Positions 1 to 13,656 of a stretch of DNA of 37,637 nt are shown one piece after another. Below the pieces are notes generated by a model. That model was not told where the DNA came from. It searched no databases and worked only from the letters and a program-made list of their open reading frames with translations. Location of the stretch: the NCBI GenBank assembly GCA_040143965.1, contig JASJQH010000052.1, positions 1 to 37,637 of the forward strand, in the 5' to 3' direction. The DNA is from Basidiobolus ranarum. Its lineage: Eukaryota. A program made the translations under genes and the position numbers. Position 1 is the first letter of the stretch; the number at the start of each line of letters is the position of its first letter.

Positions 1-1498
1 GTGGTTGGTCCTGTGTTTGTGTATTCTGCACATCGTTGCCAATGATCATTTATCATATGATCTCACAGTCAATCTGTACTACCCTAAGGTTTGCTCGAGG
101 CTATTACTCAAGTCTATGGGGTACAGTTATATTTCCTCCAAAACTTGTTTATTTGTTGCTTCATAAGTTCCTGTTCCGTCGACATCTTTCTTATGGACTC
201 CTCTACCTGAATATATTCATATAGCGACTTGGCTTGTATGAGGATAGACTCAATCTACGCGTCAACTTCTACACTCCCGCCTAAGTAAAAAGAAATAGTG
301 GAGACCGAGGCTTTTGTTTGCTGTGCTTTCTTCTTGCGCTACGCAACTTGGTTCTGTGGTCATTTACACCTCTATGGTCTGTGAATATTTAGGTCTCACA
401 AAACTCACAGTTCATTTTTGCTACCGATCCATGCTCTATGTATCCAGTTTTGCTTTTATTTCTTCTTTCTTTGGCAAATGACCCTTTATTCATGTATACC
501 CAAGTTACACACTCTTATATTCTTAGCGTTTGCACAAGCCACTTTGTATTCATCCCTCTCGAATGGATAGCACAATCTATTTAATACTCCGATCGTCTAG
601 CTATTAGGTTGTATTGTAATTCGCATCCTATCTATTCGCATCCTATTTAGCCATGGAAGATTCTACTGTTTCCACGGCTATAACAATACTATTGAACTCT
701 AGCAGAATGTTGGCCATCTTTACTACTAGATATTCTTCCAATGGGCTAGGTAAGTATGGTGTTTACACGCGCTAGACCCTGCCGGTTCTGTATGGGGTAA
801 TTCATTCTTCAGTGGATTGCAACAATTTGCTATCACCCCAGTAAGACCTGAAGGTAGCGCTGTGCGTACAGAACTGGAAAAGGTAACGACGAACCAGACT
901 GCTTATAACTCAAATGACATTTGTACCCCACACTGAGTACTTACGCTGGTTTCAGCATAAAATATAGGGTTAGTGTGTGGGAATTTAGCTAACCCTAAGT
1001 ACTAATACTCAAATTATATGAGTTACTAATCCAAATTTACCAATTTCTATGAACAGTCAACAGTTGAAAACGAATAGTGGCTGTCTAGGAATTGTAAGAA
1101 CTAAGCCTACTGATACAATAAACATTACTGTATGCACTACTACTGGACTGGTATTGCTCACTCAACAAGAATAGTAGTAACAAACAATTGGCTATTTTAG
1201 TAAAATAGATGAAAAAGAGTCGTATCATATTGAAGTGATTTCCTAAGTGATTTCCTCAATGACTATTTGCTGTTGTTTCTCTGTTGAAATCATCCATATT
1301 GTAGGATTGCTGGTCTAGCATATACCATGGTAAATAACTGTCCATTGAGTGCATATCGTGAGACATGAATAATGATGAAACGATATTTAATAAGACTTGT
1401 TACATCTGAAGTGGGAAGTGGCCAAGCTCGCAACTGAAAAGATATTATGGAAAGATTGTAATATACATGGTTGTCAGGGTACTTAATCGTATGCTATA

Positions 1499-3473
1499 TT
1501 ACTCATCTGAAGATATCTCGCCCTCTTCATGGTCGCTATCATCTAAATGCTTTTCGGATCCCTTCACTCCAGCGTTGTCAGTTGTATTCAAGTCGAGACT
1601 AGAATCCGACTCATCTGGAACAAACTCCAAGTCTGAGAAGGTTGGTCGCTTATTACTACGTGCTAACGTGTTTAAATGGGCAGAAGCAGGTATGGGAGGA
1701 GTGGGTGGCGGGTCTTTAGACATGACTCTTTTTCTAATTTCCTCCTGTAGCCCAACGTTTCCATCGACCCCTAGTTCTCTATGTAAAGATTGTGAACAGT
1801 ACACCTCCGCTATACGCTCTCTGTGCTTCAGAGTGTCAGTGGAGATTTTCAATATGCCGTTCAACAGAGAAAAGGGCCTATCTGAACGTCGATGACGACG
1901 GGATGAATCCCGATAGTGCTCAAAGATATTGGTAGTCAGCACGTCATAGGCACCCCCGAATGCTTTACGCACTCTCAATATACCATGGGTTCCTTTGGAG
2001 ACATCGTTATCAGCATCTTGTGGATCTTCAATTGATAGCAGGTAGTTTTGTTTCTGATTTTGCCAGCCTTCAAGGTCTTTGCGAAAATAAGAGCCTTCAT
2101 TATTAATGGATATTCCAGTATTAACATAATTAAAATTCTTTCCGTATAGCTCAAAGAATTCTATCAGCAACACTCCGAGATTCTCTTCTGGGTTGATTTC
2201 TCCTGATTGAACCTTGGGATGTAACTAGAAGTAAATTGGCGCTTTAACACACCTGCCCAACACTTGTCACTAAGCAAGAGTAGCTTACCTGTAAGAAGCT
2301 CACCACCAGTAGGAGGGTTGCGTAAGAGCCTAACCCTCCATTATACACTTCGTTCATACCACGCTGCATCAAGAATTGCTTGAGTATTAACGTGAGAGGT
2401 CGTACGCCAGGTATTTCCTTGACCAATCGTTTCACTATCGAAGCACTCTGGATGCCACTCTCTATGTCTATGCAAATATCCACATTAAAGTTGGTGATCG
2501 TCTCGACACATTTAATAATAGGCACCTAGGAAACCCACGTTAGTACTTAGTCATTCAAGACAAATTGCATATACATACTCTAGCTTTGGCGATGACATTT
2601 ATGGAGTGCGCAACATTGCGGCTTTTCAGTGCGGAAGCAAGAAGCCATAATCGCTTTTTCTCCTTTGGACATTCACCATACATGAAGATCACCAAATCCA
2701 GATCACTTATTGAGGAAGGGCCAGTTTAATAAACCAGAAGATAACAAGAGACTTGCTACAAAAAGCTCACCTAGTAGGTAGGTATAACCTGGTGTCGTAA
2801 CTACCAAATATATAAACTCGTGCACGAGGCCATAAAGAACGAACGGTCTTTTCTATACGTTTTACAGCCATGTACCGTATCTCATGCTCTTCCGGAGTTG
2901 CAGAGATATATTCAACAAATTCTTTGACCTCCTTATGTAAACTAATAAAACGTGTTAGTTCAGTCAATACAAGTCCACATTGATAGAATATATAGACTAA
3001 TTTTAAACGTACACACGATGTACTTCTCCTCCAAAACGTTCTTTTCCAGCGGAGGGATCGATCCAAGGAGGTAAATCTTTTGAGAAATTATCTGGGGATA
3101 CTGAACGTTTACGTTTTTTACTTGTCTGTACTTGTTCTACCTCCTCTTCGTGTTCGTCTTCTGAAGGAATGAAAGCGATAAAATCGTCTTGAATCTCCTC
3201 TGGTTTTGGTATTTCTTCGACGATTTCCGGCACTGGGACCGAGTTTTCTTCTTTAGTTTCGGTAATAGATTGTTCGTTAGTTGCATTTTCTTCTTTTAAT
3301 TTCTTTAATCTTTCACTTCTTGCTTTTTTAGCTGCTTTACGTTTTTCTCTTTTTTTCATAGTACGTAATTCGGTAGCGGATTTATCTGAACCTTTATCAT
3401 ATTCGGAACCTTCTTCAGTTTCCGAACCTGATATAGGTGAGTTAAAGTTATCCTCTTCACCAGTTAAACTCAT
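1499..3473 (-). CDS. TRF4: Non-canonical poly(A) polymerase, TRAMP subunit (Trf4/Cid14/PAPD5 family), multi-exon
   Basis: Joined exons give LHKEVKEFVEYISATPEEHEIR, nucleotidyltransferase IFGSYDTRLYLPT-S-DLDLV, VPIIKCVE..NVDI, LKQFLMQRGMNEVYNGGLGSY and PAP-associated LSIEDPQDADNDVSKGT. GT-AG introns; acidic/basic N-terminus. Confidence 0.93.
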
Positions 3474-4191
3474 TACACTAATTTGAAAACTAAAAGTACT
3501 GGGTTTAAAGGTATCCTTTGGAGACGAGTCTTTACAACTTAAAAAGTCGGGAGAATTTTACGCGTTTTTTTAGAGTAAATGAAATTTCTCGAAAAAAATC
3601 TGGTGGATTTAGGAACATTTGGTATATTTCTAACTCTATAAGGTGGGAAATACTAGGGGAATGAAATCGGAACCAATTTCTTGTACGAGATCTCAATTTG
3701 GATCCTTTTTATCTTGGAATATCAATCCGGAAAGTCTGTGCCGGTGCTGTATTGGTGTTGGTGCTGGTGCTAGTGCCAGTAATGATACTACAGTGCTGCT
3801 ATTAAAATTTCTTGATACAATTCGCTCGGAACCATATCAACGTGTGAGAGATCTTTTATTATTCATTTTCAATACTGAGATATCACAGTGATTCTACTCT
3901 TACGATGGACGCAGTGTTGATGATAAATTATTGTGTACAAATGGGAAGAGTAAGTACTGAGAAGCAAGAGGAAGTGGGAAGAGACAAACATAACTTTCAA
4001 TGGATTTTTAAGAGCACGAACTGAAGAAACATATAGATGCTGAACAGTAACCGCGCTAGTAAGAACATAAAGAGAGTATTGGGTGGGTTGTCGGAGAATG
4101 AGGAAAAATACACGGATGCATGATGAATCGATATTCTAAATTATGGCTTGGACCTTACATCTATCATCACGACTTAATATCACAACATGTG

Positions 4192-5173
4192 TTAAACTAA
4201 AACCACTAAAGCTTGAATGACGCCTCCACGAGGAACTTTGGTATCTTCAACGGTAACATTGTCGTCTAAAATTTTCCCCATATAGATAAGGCGTATATTG
4301 ACTGTGTTTGGATCGACATTCTCGGAGTTGCATAATCTACTCTTGACTATTTTCATTGTATCTTCCGGATTTACCTTAACTCGAACATCTTTACCAGTAT
4401 TGAGTCGAATTACCAATTCTTCGCTTGAATCAGTTGTTGAAGTGGTTAACACTGGAGGTGTATACAATGGCTCAGCTTTAGGCTCATAAGAAATCTCTGG
4501 TTCTTCTTCTTCTTCTTCATCGTCATCGTGCTCTGTGACGGTAATGGTAGGGATTTGCGTCAAGGGTACACTATTGGAATATTTTCTGTTCGTTGGTTCA
4601 TTTTCAGTATTTTGAGTTTCTGTCGAGTTCTTGAAATTATCGTCAGTTGTACGTGTGAGATTTGTAGGCTCAACAAAGCAGTATATAGGTGTGAGATATC
4701 GGTTTCCAAGTTCGTCATAGCAACCATCAGAAAGATGGCCAGTAGGTACTGATAAGTTCAGAGAGTCAACGATAGATTGTGCTTGGGCAAGGTCAGTAGT
4801 TTCACAAGCAGTACGTAATTTCTCCCAAACTTCACTACGACCCTATATATAAAAAAGAATAAGGTTAATCTTACATAGAACGGAAGTTAATATACAGGAG
4901 AGTGATTTCTTTGCTTACCTCGTAAGTAGATGCGGTTTCCCAAAAGGCGACACGTTTAGCTTGAAGTTCTTCGAGTGTTATGGGAGTATCGGAAGTCCAG
5001 GATAAATTTTTCTTTCTGAGAGGCTTATTACCTTTATAGAAAGAAACAAAGGGAAGTTTAGCTCGAGTAAGTGACGCAGTAAAAGCAAATAAAAACTTAC
5101 CACTTGAAGGGATGATGTTCTCAGGAGCTCCGTTGTGCTCGTTATCAGCAAGTTGTGACGAACAGCAACCCAT
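4192..5173 (-). CDS. UBTD: Ubiquitin domain-containing protein (UBTD1/2, DC-UbP family), 3 exons
   Basis: MGCC N-terminus (myristoylation/palmitoylation-type), KRVAFWETASTYE/GRSEVWEKL, GCYDELGNRYLTPIYCFVEPTNL, then an acidic linker and a C-terminal ubiquitin-like domain (IRLIYMGKILDD...VIQALV). Confidence 0.9.
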
Positions 5174-5690
5174 ATTAATAAGTTTACAAGAATATAGGGT
5201 AGAAAAAGTATATAAGGTTTTCAGTAAACAAGGTTTAATGTGAAGACAAGATTTTATAAAGATACGTGGGCAAAATACAGGCTCGGAAACCAGGAGTAAA
5301 TTTTTATAGTATGAAAAACAACGGTTGAGAACAACAATATCAAATGATATAAAAAGGGAGTTGGTTATTTTTGAAGCATTATATAAGGATCACATTGTCT
5401 ACACATCTCGATTGCACATTCACGCAATCGTGATCCACAGAAAGGGAATCAGTTTCAATCAAAAAGCACCAACAATAGACGGTTATAAGACGGTTAATAG
5501 GAAGATCCATATATCGAAATCTCAATAAATAGATATAGACATGTGCCCAAGCGAAAGGGGGATGGTTCAACCGTAGAAAGCAACCTAACCCCAAGTAGTA
5601 ATCCACAACAGCTCATTTATCAGAATAAGTAAAGCAACAATTCATTGTGTAAAAGAAGCACGGATAGGTAAGTAATGATTTGCATTCGGC

Positions 5691-5751
5691 GTATGAAGAG
5701 TAGCCCGTTTCTGGCTTGCATGAGTGTGAAGAGTAGCGGATTTCTGATTTG
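5691..5751. repeat. Imperfect ~33-bp tandem duplication
   Basis: gtatgaagagtagcccgtttctggcttg at 5691 versus gtgtgaagagtagcggatttctgatttg at 5724. A short (CCATTCA)-type repeat follows at about 5760-5789. Confidence 0.6.
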
Positions 5752-6399
5752 AACCCGCACATTCATCCATTCACCCATTCACCCATTCAGGACAAGATAA
5801 CACTGTGCTTCACGGCTTCTCTTCGGGCTCGCTTGGCTAATCATTATACTTATGAATTCAATCTAGAAAGGGAACGTGTGCTATCTATATGCCCTTCAGC
5901 CTCCCATTGGACTAGAAAGCAACCACGAAACCCTCAAACAAATCAAGAAGTCGTTTCCACTGATCATTAAGGAATGTCTGGCTACGGATTTACCGAGTCC
6001 GATCAACGAGTGATATATTTGTTCATTACTTTCCTAATAAAGACTATAGTGCCTCGCATGGCTTAATCTGATTTAAAAAGTAGCTAACCGTAGCGCTGAC
6101 GGTGGCCCTAATAGTACCATAACACTACCATAACAATAAGTATTGATGTCCAGTGTACAATCTGTTGCTAATTACGAGGCTTGCTGGGAGACTGGTGAAC
6201 GTATCAATGGAAATAAGATCTTAGGGTTAGGATCACCTTGAGCTCATTTATTTCCAAGTTGCCCAGGTTCGCTCAGGGTTAGGGTTCTCATCCGATAATC
6301 CCTTTTCACAGAGTGTCACTTGGATACAATGTGCACAGTCTACTTCAGTGATAATGCGATTGAAACAGACCAATATTTGATCGTTATAATGAGCCTGGA

Positions 6400-6465
6400 C
6401 AATCTAATTATCGAGAAATACCCAATTTCCATCAATCTAATTATCGAGAAATACCCAATTTCCAT
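6400..6465. repeat. Perfect 33-bp tandem duplication
   Basis: caatctaattatcgagaaatacccaatttccat twice, at 6400-6432 and 6433-6465, downstream of ARPC4. Confidence 0.95.
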
Positions 6466-6586
6466 GATTGTTGAGTGAAGATACAATGTAGAAAAAGTAG
6501 AAATGGTTTACAAGAAGTTTGTTTATATGGAAAGGTGTCAACGAATGAAGATGAATGATTTTTAGCTTCTTAGCAGGGTGATCCTG

Positions 6587-7413
6587 TTAATAAACAAACT
6601 AATGACAAAGAGAAGTTAATATATATCAACCAAGGCATAAAGATTTCTGACTAGTTTCTAACCTGAGCAAGATAGGATTCAGCAACGATACGAGCACGGG
6701 CGTTTAATGAAAGTTTCATTTCACTGATTTCTTTATCCACTTCTTCCATGAATTCGATGATAAAGTCCACCAATTTATGTTTAAACATCTGTTCAGTGTG
6801 GAAGTTAGTCACCAAGAAGCTGATATCGTATCCCTAGAGAGTAACAAGTTAATGTTCATATCCAACATGAAAAAATTTGATGTATCATAAAAAAGGAAAG
6901 GGGTTTTCTTGTCTACCTTGACAGGCTTTCGGCGTAAGATAATGAAATTATCAGCTCTCATCATCAAGAAACGTGTAAACTTGTGAGCCAAAATTTTCTC
7001 AATCTCATCTGCCTGTTTGATCTTGATGCTGATGCGAACAGAGTTGATGGAAGTTTCAATCAAAACCTGTTCGTTTTCATTACGACTAATGACCAAAGGA
7101 TTAAGAAGAACTTCCTTTGAAGCACTAAAAATGGCAAGAATATTCATGGTTATCAAGTTAATATAGAGGCGAAATGTTTCAATAGGGTATAATCGAGCAA
7201 GTTGAATACCTAGCCTCGATTTCGGGTTTGTTGTGCTTTTCTACTACTTGAGAAGAGAAATTCTCAAGACACAAAGCTACATTCAGGGTGGCGCGTACAG
7301 CGGAAAGATAAGGACGAAGTGTGTTGGACTAATCATGTTTGAATCATCATAAAATTTCAATCGACTTTAATAAAATTAAGACCAAAAGCAACCAAACATC
7401 TTTTACGTACCAT
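6587..7413 (-). CDS. ARPC4: Arp2/3 complex 20 kDa subunit (ARPC4/Arc19)
   Basis: First coding exon is ATG only (7413-7411), intron 7410-7329, then [88 protein letters not shown]. Last mini-exon FVY* at 6598-6587. Confidence 0.96.
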
Positions 7414-7777
7414 GTTGTTTCAAGATGACTGAAGGGAAGCAATGAAAAAGTGCTAACGTTAAGTGACGTAAATCTATCCTCTAGTGGATGTATTAAAAGT
7501 TGTAGAATAATCGCGATAAACTCGAATGATTTTAAAAATTAAATGGACCCCATATTCAAATCAGTCACCAGTTTATTAACCTGGCTTAGTGTATAAACGG
7601 ATTATGAGCTTATAAGATAACACTTTGAATTAGATAACCCATGAATCAAAGTTACTCAACATCAATACAAACTGCGGATTTTCCCACACTGTATTCATAA
7701 ATATCAAAGCTACTGTTGTACGTTACAAGAACTCCCTTTCAATATATACTTCTGAAGTACTCGACTTGTCATATAGC

Positions 7778-8281
7778 ATGAGTGAAGTGAAAATTAGAGA
7801 TACAACCAAGGCCGATGTGCCGCTCATCTTTCGAATGATTAAAGAGCTTGCAGCTTTCGAGAAGTTGGAATCTGAAGTTGTTTCTACCGAAGAAGAAATG
7901 AGGGAAGGACTATTCGGTGACAAGACAAACTCCACAACGCAAGTGGTTTTTGCTTACGTTACTAATGCTGAAGGAAATGAGGAAGTGATTGGCTTTGCTC
8001 TTTTCTTTCACAATTTTTCCACCTTTCTAGGTAGGCATGGTATTTATTTGGAAGATTTGTATGTCAAAGAAGAGTATCGTAGTAAAGGAGTTGGTACGAA
8101 ACTACTGAAATTTCTTGCAAAGCGTGCTGTATCCAGTAACTTTGGTAGAGTTGACTGGTGGGTGTTGAATTGGAATGAAAAAGCCATTGGATTTTATAAA
8201 AAGATCGGTGCTGTACCAATGGACGAGTGGACTACATTTAGACTTACTGGTGATGCCTTGAAGAAGTTTGCAGAAGAATAG
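7778..8281 (+). CDS. GNAT family N-acetyltransferase (diamine/spermidine N1-acetyltransferase, SSAT-like), intronless
   Basis: IKELAAFEK, GFALFFHNFSTFLGRHGIYLEDLYV, acetyl-CoA motif YRSKGVG, WWVLNWNEKAIGFYKKIGA. First ATG at 7778. Confidence 0.92.
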   Translation: MSEVKIRDTTKADVPLIFRMIKELAAFEKLESEVVSTEEEMREGLFGDKTNSTTQVVFAYVTNAEGNEEVIGFALFFHNFSTFLGRHGIYLEDLYVKEEYRSKGVGTKLLKFLAKRAVSSNFGRVDWWVLNWNEKAIGFYKKIGAVPMDEWTTFRLTGDALKKFAEE

Positions 8282-8403
8282 CTAATCTCTATCTGCAAAT
8301 CTAACATATAAGTAATAAACATAAAAATATTAAGTAGTCACAGACTGGCTCTTTGGTTCATATCACAACTAGGTTTATTTACATTCAATTGTGCATTAAT
8401 TGA

Positions 8404-8691
8404 TTAAGAGTTGGCTTTCATACGAGCTTCGCCTTCGACTCTGGATGCCTTGCCCTCGGCCTCCATTTGTTGATTACCAACGGCTGCACCGACTGTGTTT
8501 TTAATATTTCCTTTGAGTTTTTCCCCGGCACCTTGAGCATAGCCTTCAGCTTGAGCTTTCTTGTACTCGGCATTTGCCTCAGCGCGTCTGGCTGCGCCTT
8601 CGGCTTCCATTTGTTCGCTACCTACAGCGTAACCGACGTTCTCCTTCACGACACCGTTGGCCCATTTGAGATTAGCGTTTACTTTGTCCAT
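8404..8691 (-). CDS. CsbD-like / Hmp1-like small stress-response protein
   Basis: 95 aa with two internal repeats (KENVGYAVGSEQMEAEG / KNTVGAAVGNQQMEAEG). ATG at 8691 follows a TATA box. Confidence 0.82.
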   Translation of the reverse strand: MDKVNANLKWANGVVKENVGYAVGSEQMEAEGAARRAEANAEYKKAQAEGYAQGAGEKLKGNIKNTVGAAVGNQQMEAEGKASRVEGEARMKANS

Positions 8692-8752
8692 ATTTGATGT
8701 AGAGAGTTTGAATAATGAGTTGTTTGGTTTTGGACTTCGCGACCAACTGTCC

Positions 8753-8845
8753 TTATATAGCCCAGAAGTGATCCTTGAGCTCATATTGACGTCAATAGCA
8801 CACTCATTAAAATCGATGCAAGTAACAGGTCATACCATTGCGTCA
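8753..8845 (-). promoter_or_regulatory. TATA box plus CRE (ATF/CREB) elements of the CsbD-like gene
   Basis: TATATAA on the - strand at 8759-8753. Perfect TGACGTCA at 8787-8794 inside the 14-bp palindrome TATTGACGTCAATA (8784-8797). Variant TGACGCA at 8845-8839. Confidence 0.6.
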
Positions 8846-9533
8846 TCATTAGTTAAAGCAGATTTTTATTTCTTTACCACTTAGGGAATAGCGCAAAATT
8901 TAAATCTTGTTTAAAAGACTAGGGGCTACGGGCTTGGATATAGGCAACACCGGTGGAAACTCAGACAAAAAGAAGGATAAGAGATAGTGAATAGTCAGAT
9001 GTATGTATGTAATAGTCACTTAAAAGACCGTAAACGAAAGACCGAAACTAGTGAAGTAAAAAATAGTAAATTCGTTCAACATCGAACTTTCCTCATCTAA
9101 TATGAAAAGGTTGATTGGATATTAAGGGTTTGCGTTGGTGATAAGATGTTCTTTAGAATGGATTGAAGTAGAGTGTGACGGTGGAGGAAGTGAGAAAGTG
9201 ATGAAAGGAGCACGTTAAGTAAAGAACCCGGGAAAGAATTGGTCCCATTAGAATAGTAAACTCAATGGTTGAAGTGAAACAGGGAATCGTGCGGTGGTTA
9301 CTTTTCTTTCAAAAACTCGAAATCATTAAAATCTTGCTAAAGGCGTATATAGAAGGCGGAGAGAGGGGAGGGATACTTCTTTCTCTGGAACATAAAGTTC
9401 TTCTCTTTGGTTTCCTTTGGGAAGAGGGAAGAACAATAATCAATGTCATAAAGGAGAGATAAGTTGGAAAAGTGATGGTTCAGGTAAAAGGCTAAGAATT
9501 AAGGGAAGTACGAACAATAATGAATGTACTATT

Positions 9534-10529
<996 letters not shown>

Positions 10530-11650
10530 AATAAAGTAGAACCGAAAAGCGAAGAACGTGGACGAGCAAGAAGAATGAAACTTAAGGAGAATAAACTAGT
10601 AGAAATAGTGTGAAAACTGAAGGAAAGAAAGGAGGTGAAGAATAAGGGAGCAGGGTCGAGTGAAGAGAAAGAATGCAAACAAGAATGGAGAAATGAGACC
10701 ACGAATAAAGGGTTTTGGGGAAAAGAGGGGGAGTGTGAGTATTTCCCTCTATGCTGTAAGGCAAGGGGTATGGCCAATATTCCACATAGTCTCGCAAATT
10801 AAAGCTATTCAAGTATGTACTACCTGTCACTTGCGCACCAATTATACTCAAATCGGAACTCAATCAAGCATTATATATATATATCGAATTATATTGTTGC
10901 TCCATAAAAACATGCCTATCCTCCGACGTAGGTTATTCCTAAAAATCAAAACACTACATCGTTTTATGCATCCTCTAAAAAATTCATTATTCCCCTACTA
11001 CGAGGTAAACTCCCTCTATTCAATGCTCCCTTTCCGATCAAGCTACCTTATACTACGCCGTTTCAAGTGCAGCATAAGCTAACGAAAACGATGCAACAGT
11101 CCTGTTAATTAATGTGCCGATAACATTGTCGTTGGAGGGTGGAGGTAGGAGTAGGGGTGAGGGTGAGGGTGAGGAATTCATACAAGTGCTCGATGCTGCT
11201 CGAGGTAATGCTTTCATTTGCTACGTTGGTGGTACGAATTTAATGCATTAGCTTTTAGTGTAGCCATTTTTCGCAATCGTCCTACACTCATCCACATCCA
11301 AATCCCACCTAGATCAAGTAAATTCTCGAGTATGAATTTCACTACTGGAATGCACTGTTTGAATGAAATAAATTCCTTCCACCTAACCCTATCCTGAATG
11401 CCATCTTAAATTCCATTCAAAATGCCGGTTCAATAATAATCACCAACCCAGTGTTAACCCAGTGTTTAGGTGCTTAATCAAGGTTAAAGCCAACGTATGT
11501 TAAAGTTTAACCAACTTGAATGAAAGTGCAATCCAGGATGACTGTGATTGGTGCATAGACGTCATCAGAAGACACCATCTAGGAGTTAGCAGTTCAAGCT
11601 ATCGTGACTTGTCCCTCAAGTCTTTATTACAGAAACATATATAACGGAAG

Positions 11651-13605
11651 ATGGCTACTACTACCGACGAAATATATAACGCTATATTGGCCCATACCTC
11701 TATAGAATCCATCAAAGACAAGTTATTTCCGTTGTTAACTTCAACTCCTGGAAACTTGTTTGCTCAACCACTATCCGATAATCAAGATCCTTTAGAGTTA
11801 CTCAACCCCATTGAGCACTCTCTTGGTTATTTATATTTTTTGTATGTATCCATAATGGTGTCCAAATGTTGAAATTTAGTAGACTGACTAAACTTGTCGA
11901 AATAGAACAGCGAGGTGTTATCAGGAAAACGTCAACTTATCGTTACTATACTCTCATGTTCTCAATTTCTTGGAACAATTTGATAAAAGACAGATTATCC
12001 ATGGATTAAAGCGGTGTAAGTCTCAACCTGGCAGTTTGGAAATAATTGTGGATTGTGATGATTAACGGCGAATCTTTTTAGTTTATCAATTAGCTCCCAT
12101 ATTGATCAAATTCTCTTCGTCAAGTGGAAAGGTTATTATTTTTCGAGGATATAATTGTTTTATATTATTTGTATTAAAAAAACGCATCGACTCTAGCCCA
12201 TTCTTGCCACCAGACCATTACTCCTAGCTATAAAGAAGATCGTGCCTGAAGGTACTCTAACTCCATTACATCCCATACTTATCAAGGTAAATAGTGAGCA
12301 TATAGAGCAGATTACCTTAAAATTCGTAGATTGTTAACTCCAACATTTACAGGAATGCCTCTTGGGTAAGCTGTATACAGACGCTTTGGCTATCCTAGAT
12401 GTAAACATCACTGAAGTTGACCCTAAGGTATATGAAATTCAAGTTGGTACCGTTGCTACGCATGGATTAATTTAAAGCACTTGCACAGGTGACCCATATC
12501 AAAGTACAGGATCATTTACTCTATCATTACTATGGGGCTATGATCTACATCGGTTTAAAGCAATTCTCGCGCGCAGCCGAATTCCTAGAACTGGTATGAT
12601 TAGTTTCGTTTTTCAATTGATCAAACCAACATTAGGGAGGAGACTTACAAAAGGGCTCTTTCATGGCCTCCATAGGTAATAGCCACGCCCTCAGTTGGGA
12701 CAAGTGCCATCCAAGTCGAGGCCTACAAAAAGCATGTGTTAGTTTCTCTTTTGCTAGAGGGACAGGTAATCAATCATTCCCAACCTATCTGCTCGAAATA
12801 GAGCTAATATCTTCATATACCACAGCTCATAAACCTACCCAAATACACAGCACCATGTGTTATTCAAGCCATCAAGGTGCTTTGTGCCCCTTACTTGGAT
12901 CTCGCTGCTGCCTATTCTTCTCTCAACGTATCAAGAGTGAAAGCAGAATTGATGATACATGAGAGTAGTTTCATTAAAGTAAGATCAATTCCCAGCTCTC
13001 CATTCCACCGTATCAAGTAGATCTAAGTACCCAATCTAGGATAGAAATTATGGCCTAGTCTCACAGTGCCTTGATGCATTGTATCGCCGCAATATTCTCC
13101 AACTCACCAGAACCTACTTGACCCTATCGATGGAGGATATCGCCAAGACAGTTGGATTTGAAGGACCCACAGCTACGCAAGAGGCAGAGAAATACGTTTT
13201 ACAGATGGTTAGTCCTGATCCTTGGGTAGAGCATAGAGCGACTGATTAATCGATTAACCTGTTATAAAATAGATTGAATCAGGGGATATATTTGCTTCTA
13301 TCCGTTACAGACCAGAAGGCTCCATGGTCTCTTTCGAAGATAATCCAGATTGTCACAATACATCCGAAACCCTAAACGCTTTGAATCAAAAATTACAACT
13401 AGCCAGCGAGATTGGAAAGCGTGTTAGCAAGATAGAGCAAGACATTGCCTGCAGTAAAGAATACCTCTCCAAGGTAAGCTGGATTGTTACATATATATAC
13501 CATCAATCTATGATTAACCCTAAACCTAAGGTCTTGCTTACGCGAACGAACGAGCCTGTTTCCTCTCTACAAAACGAGGATATGGATTTCATCGACGCGC
13601 CGTGA
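11651..13605 (+). CDS. CSN3: COP9 signalosome subunit 3 (PCI domain), multi-exon
   Basis: Spliced sequence includes [67 protein letters not shown] and [17 protein letters not shown]. Confidence 0.9.
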
Positions 13606-13656
13606 TCCCTGCACAAATTAGCTACTTTGGATCAAAACATAATAAAATCATATCTA

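Noticed and set aside
1-1450. Gene-free left end with short ORFs (36-224 on +, and a - strand fragment IESILIQAKSLYEY..KQQINKFW) that might be a decayed retroelement or gene
   Set aside because: No recognisable domain, LTR or consistent splice model, so I cannot support a call without a search.
1467-1895. 142-aa + strand ORF and similar antisense ORFs (e.g. 9417-9701, 29173-29445)
   Set aside because: Shadow ORFs opposite well-supported genes, with no motifs of their own.
3511-3519. GTATCCTTT, resembling a U12 minor-intron donor
   Set aside because: It lies on the + strand upstream of and antisense to TRF4 with no host exon. The introns I reconstructed had U2-type donors.
3916-3960. TGATGA...CTGA box C/D-like pair
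   Set aside because: Too short, with no terminal stem or recognisable rRNA guide; it sits in the likely UBTD 3' region.
6400-6465. 33-bp direct repeat as a possible CRISPR repeat
   Set aside because: Two abutting copies with no spacer in a eukaryotic context; a simple tandem duplication.
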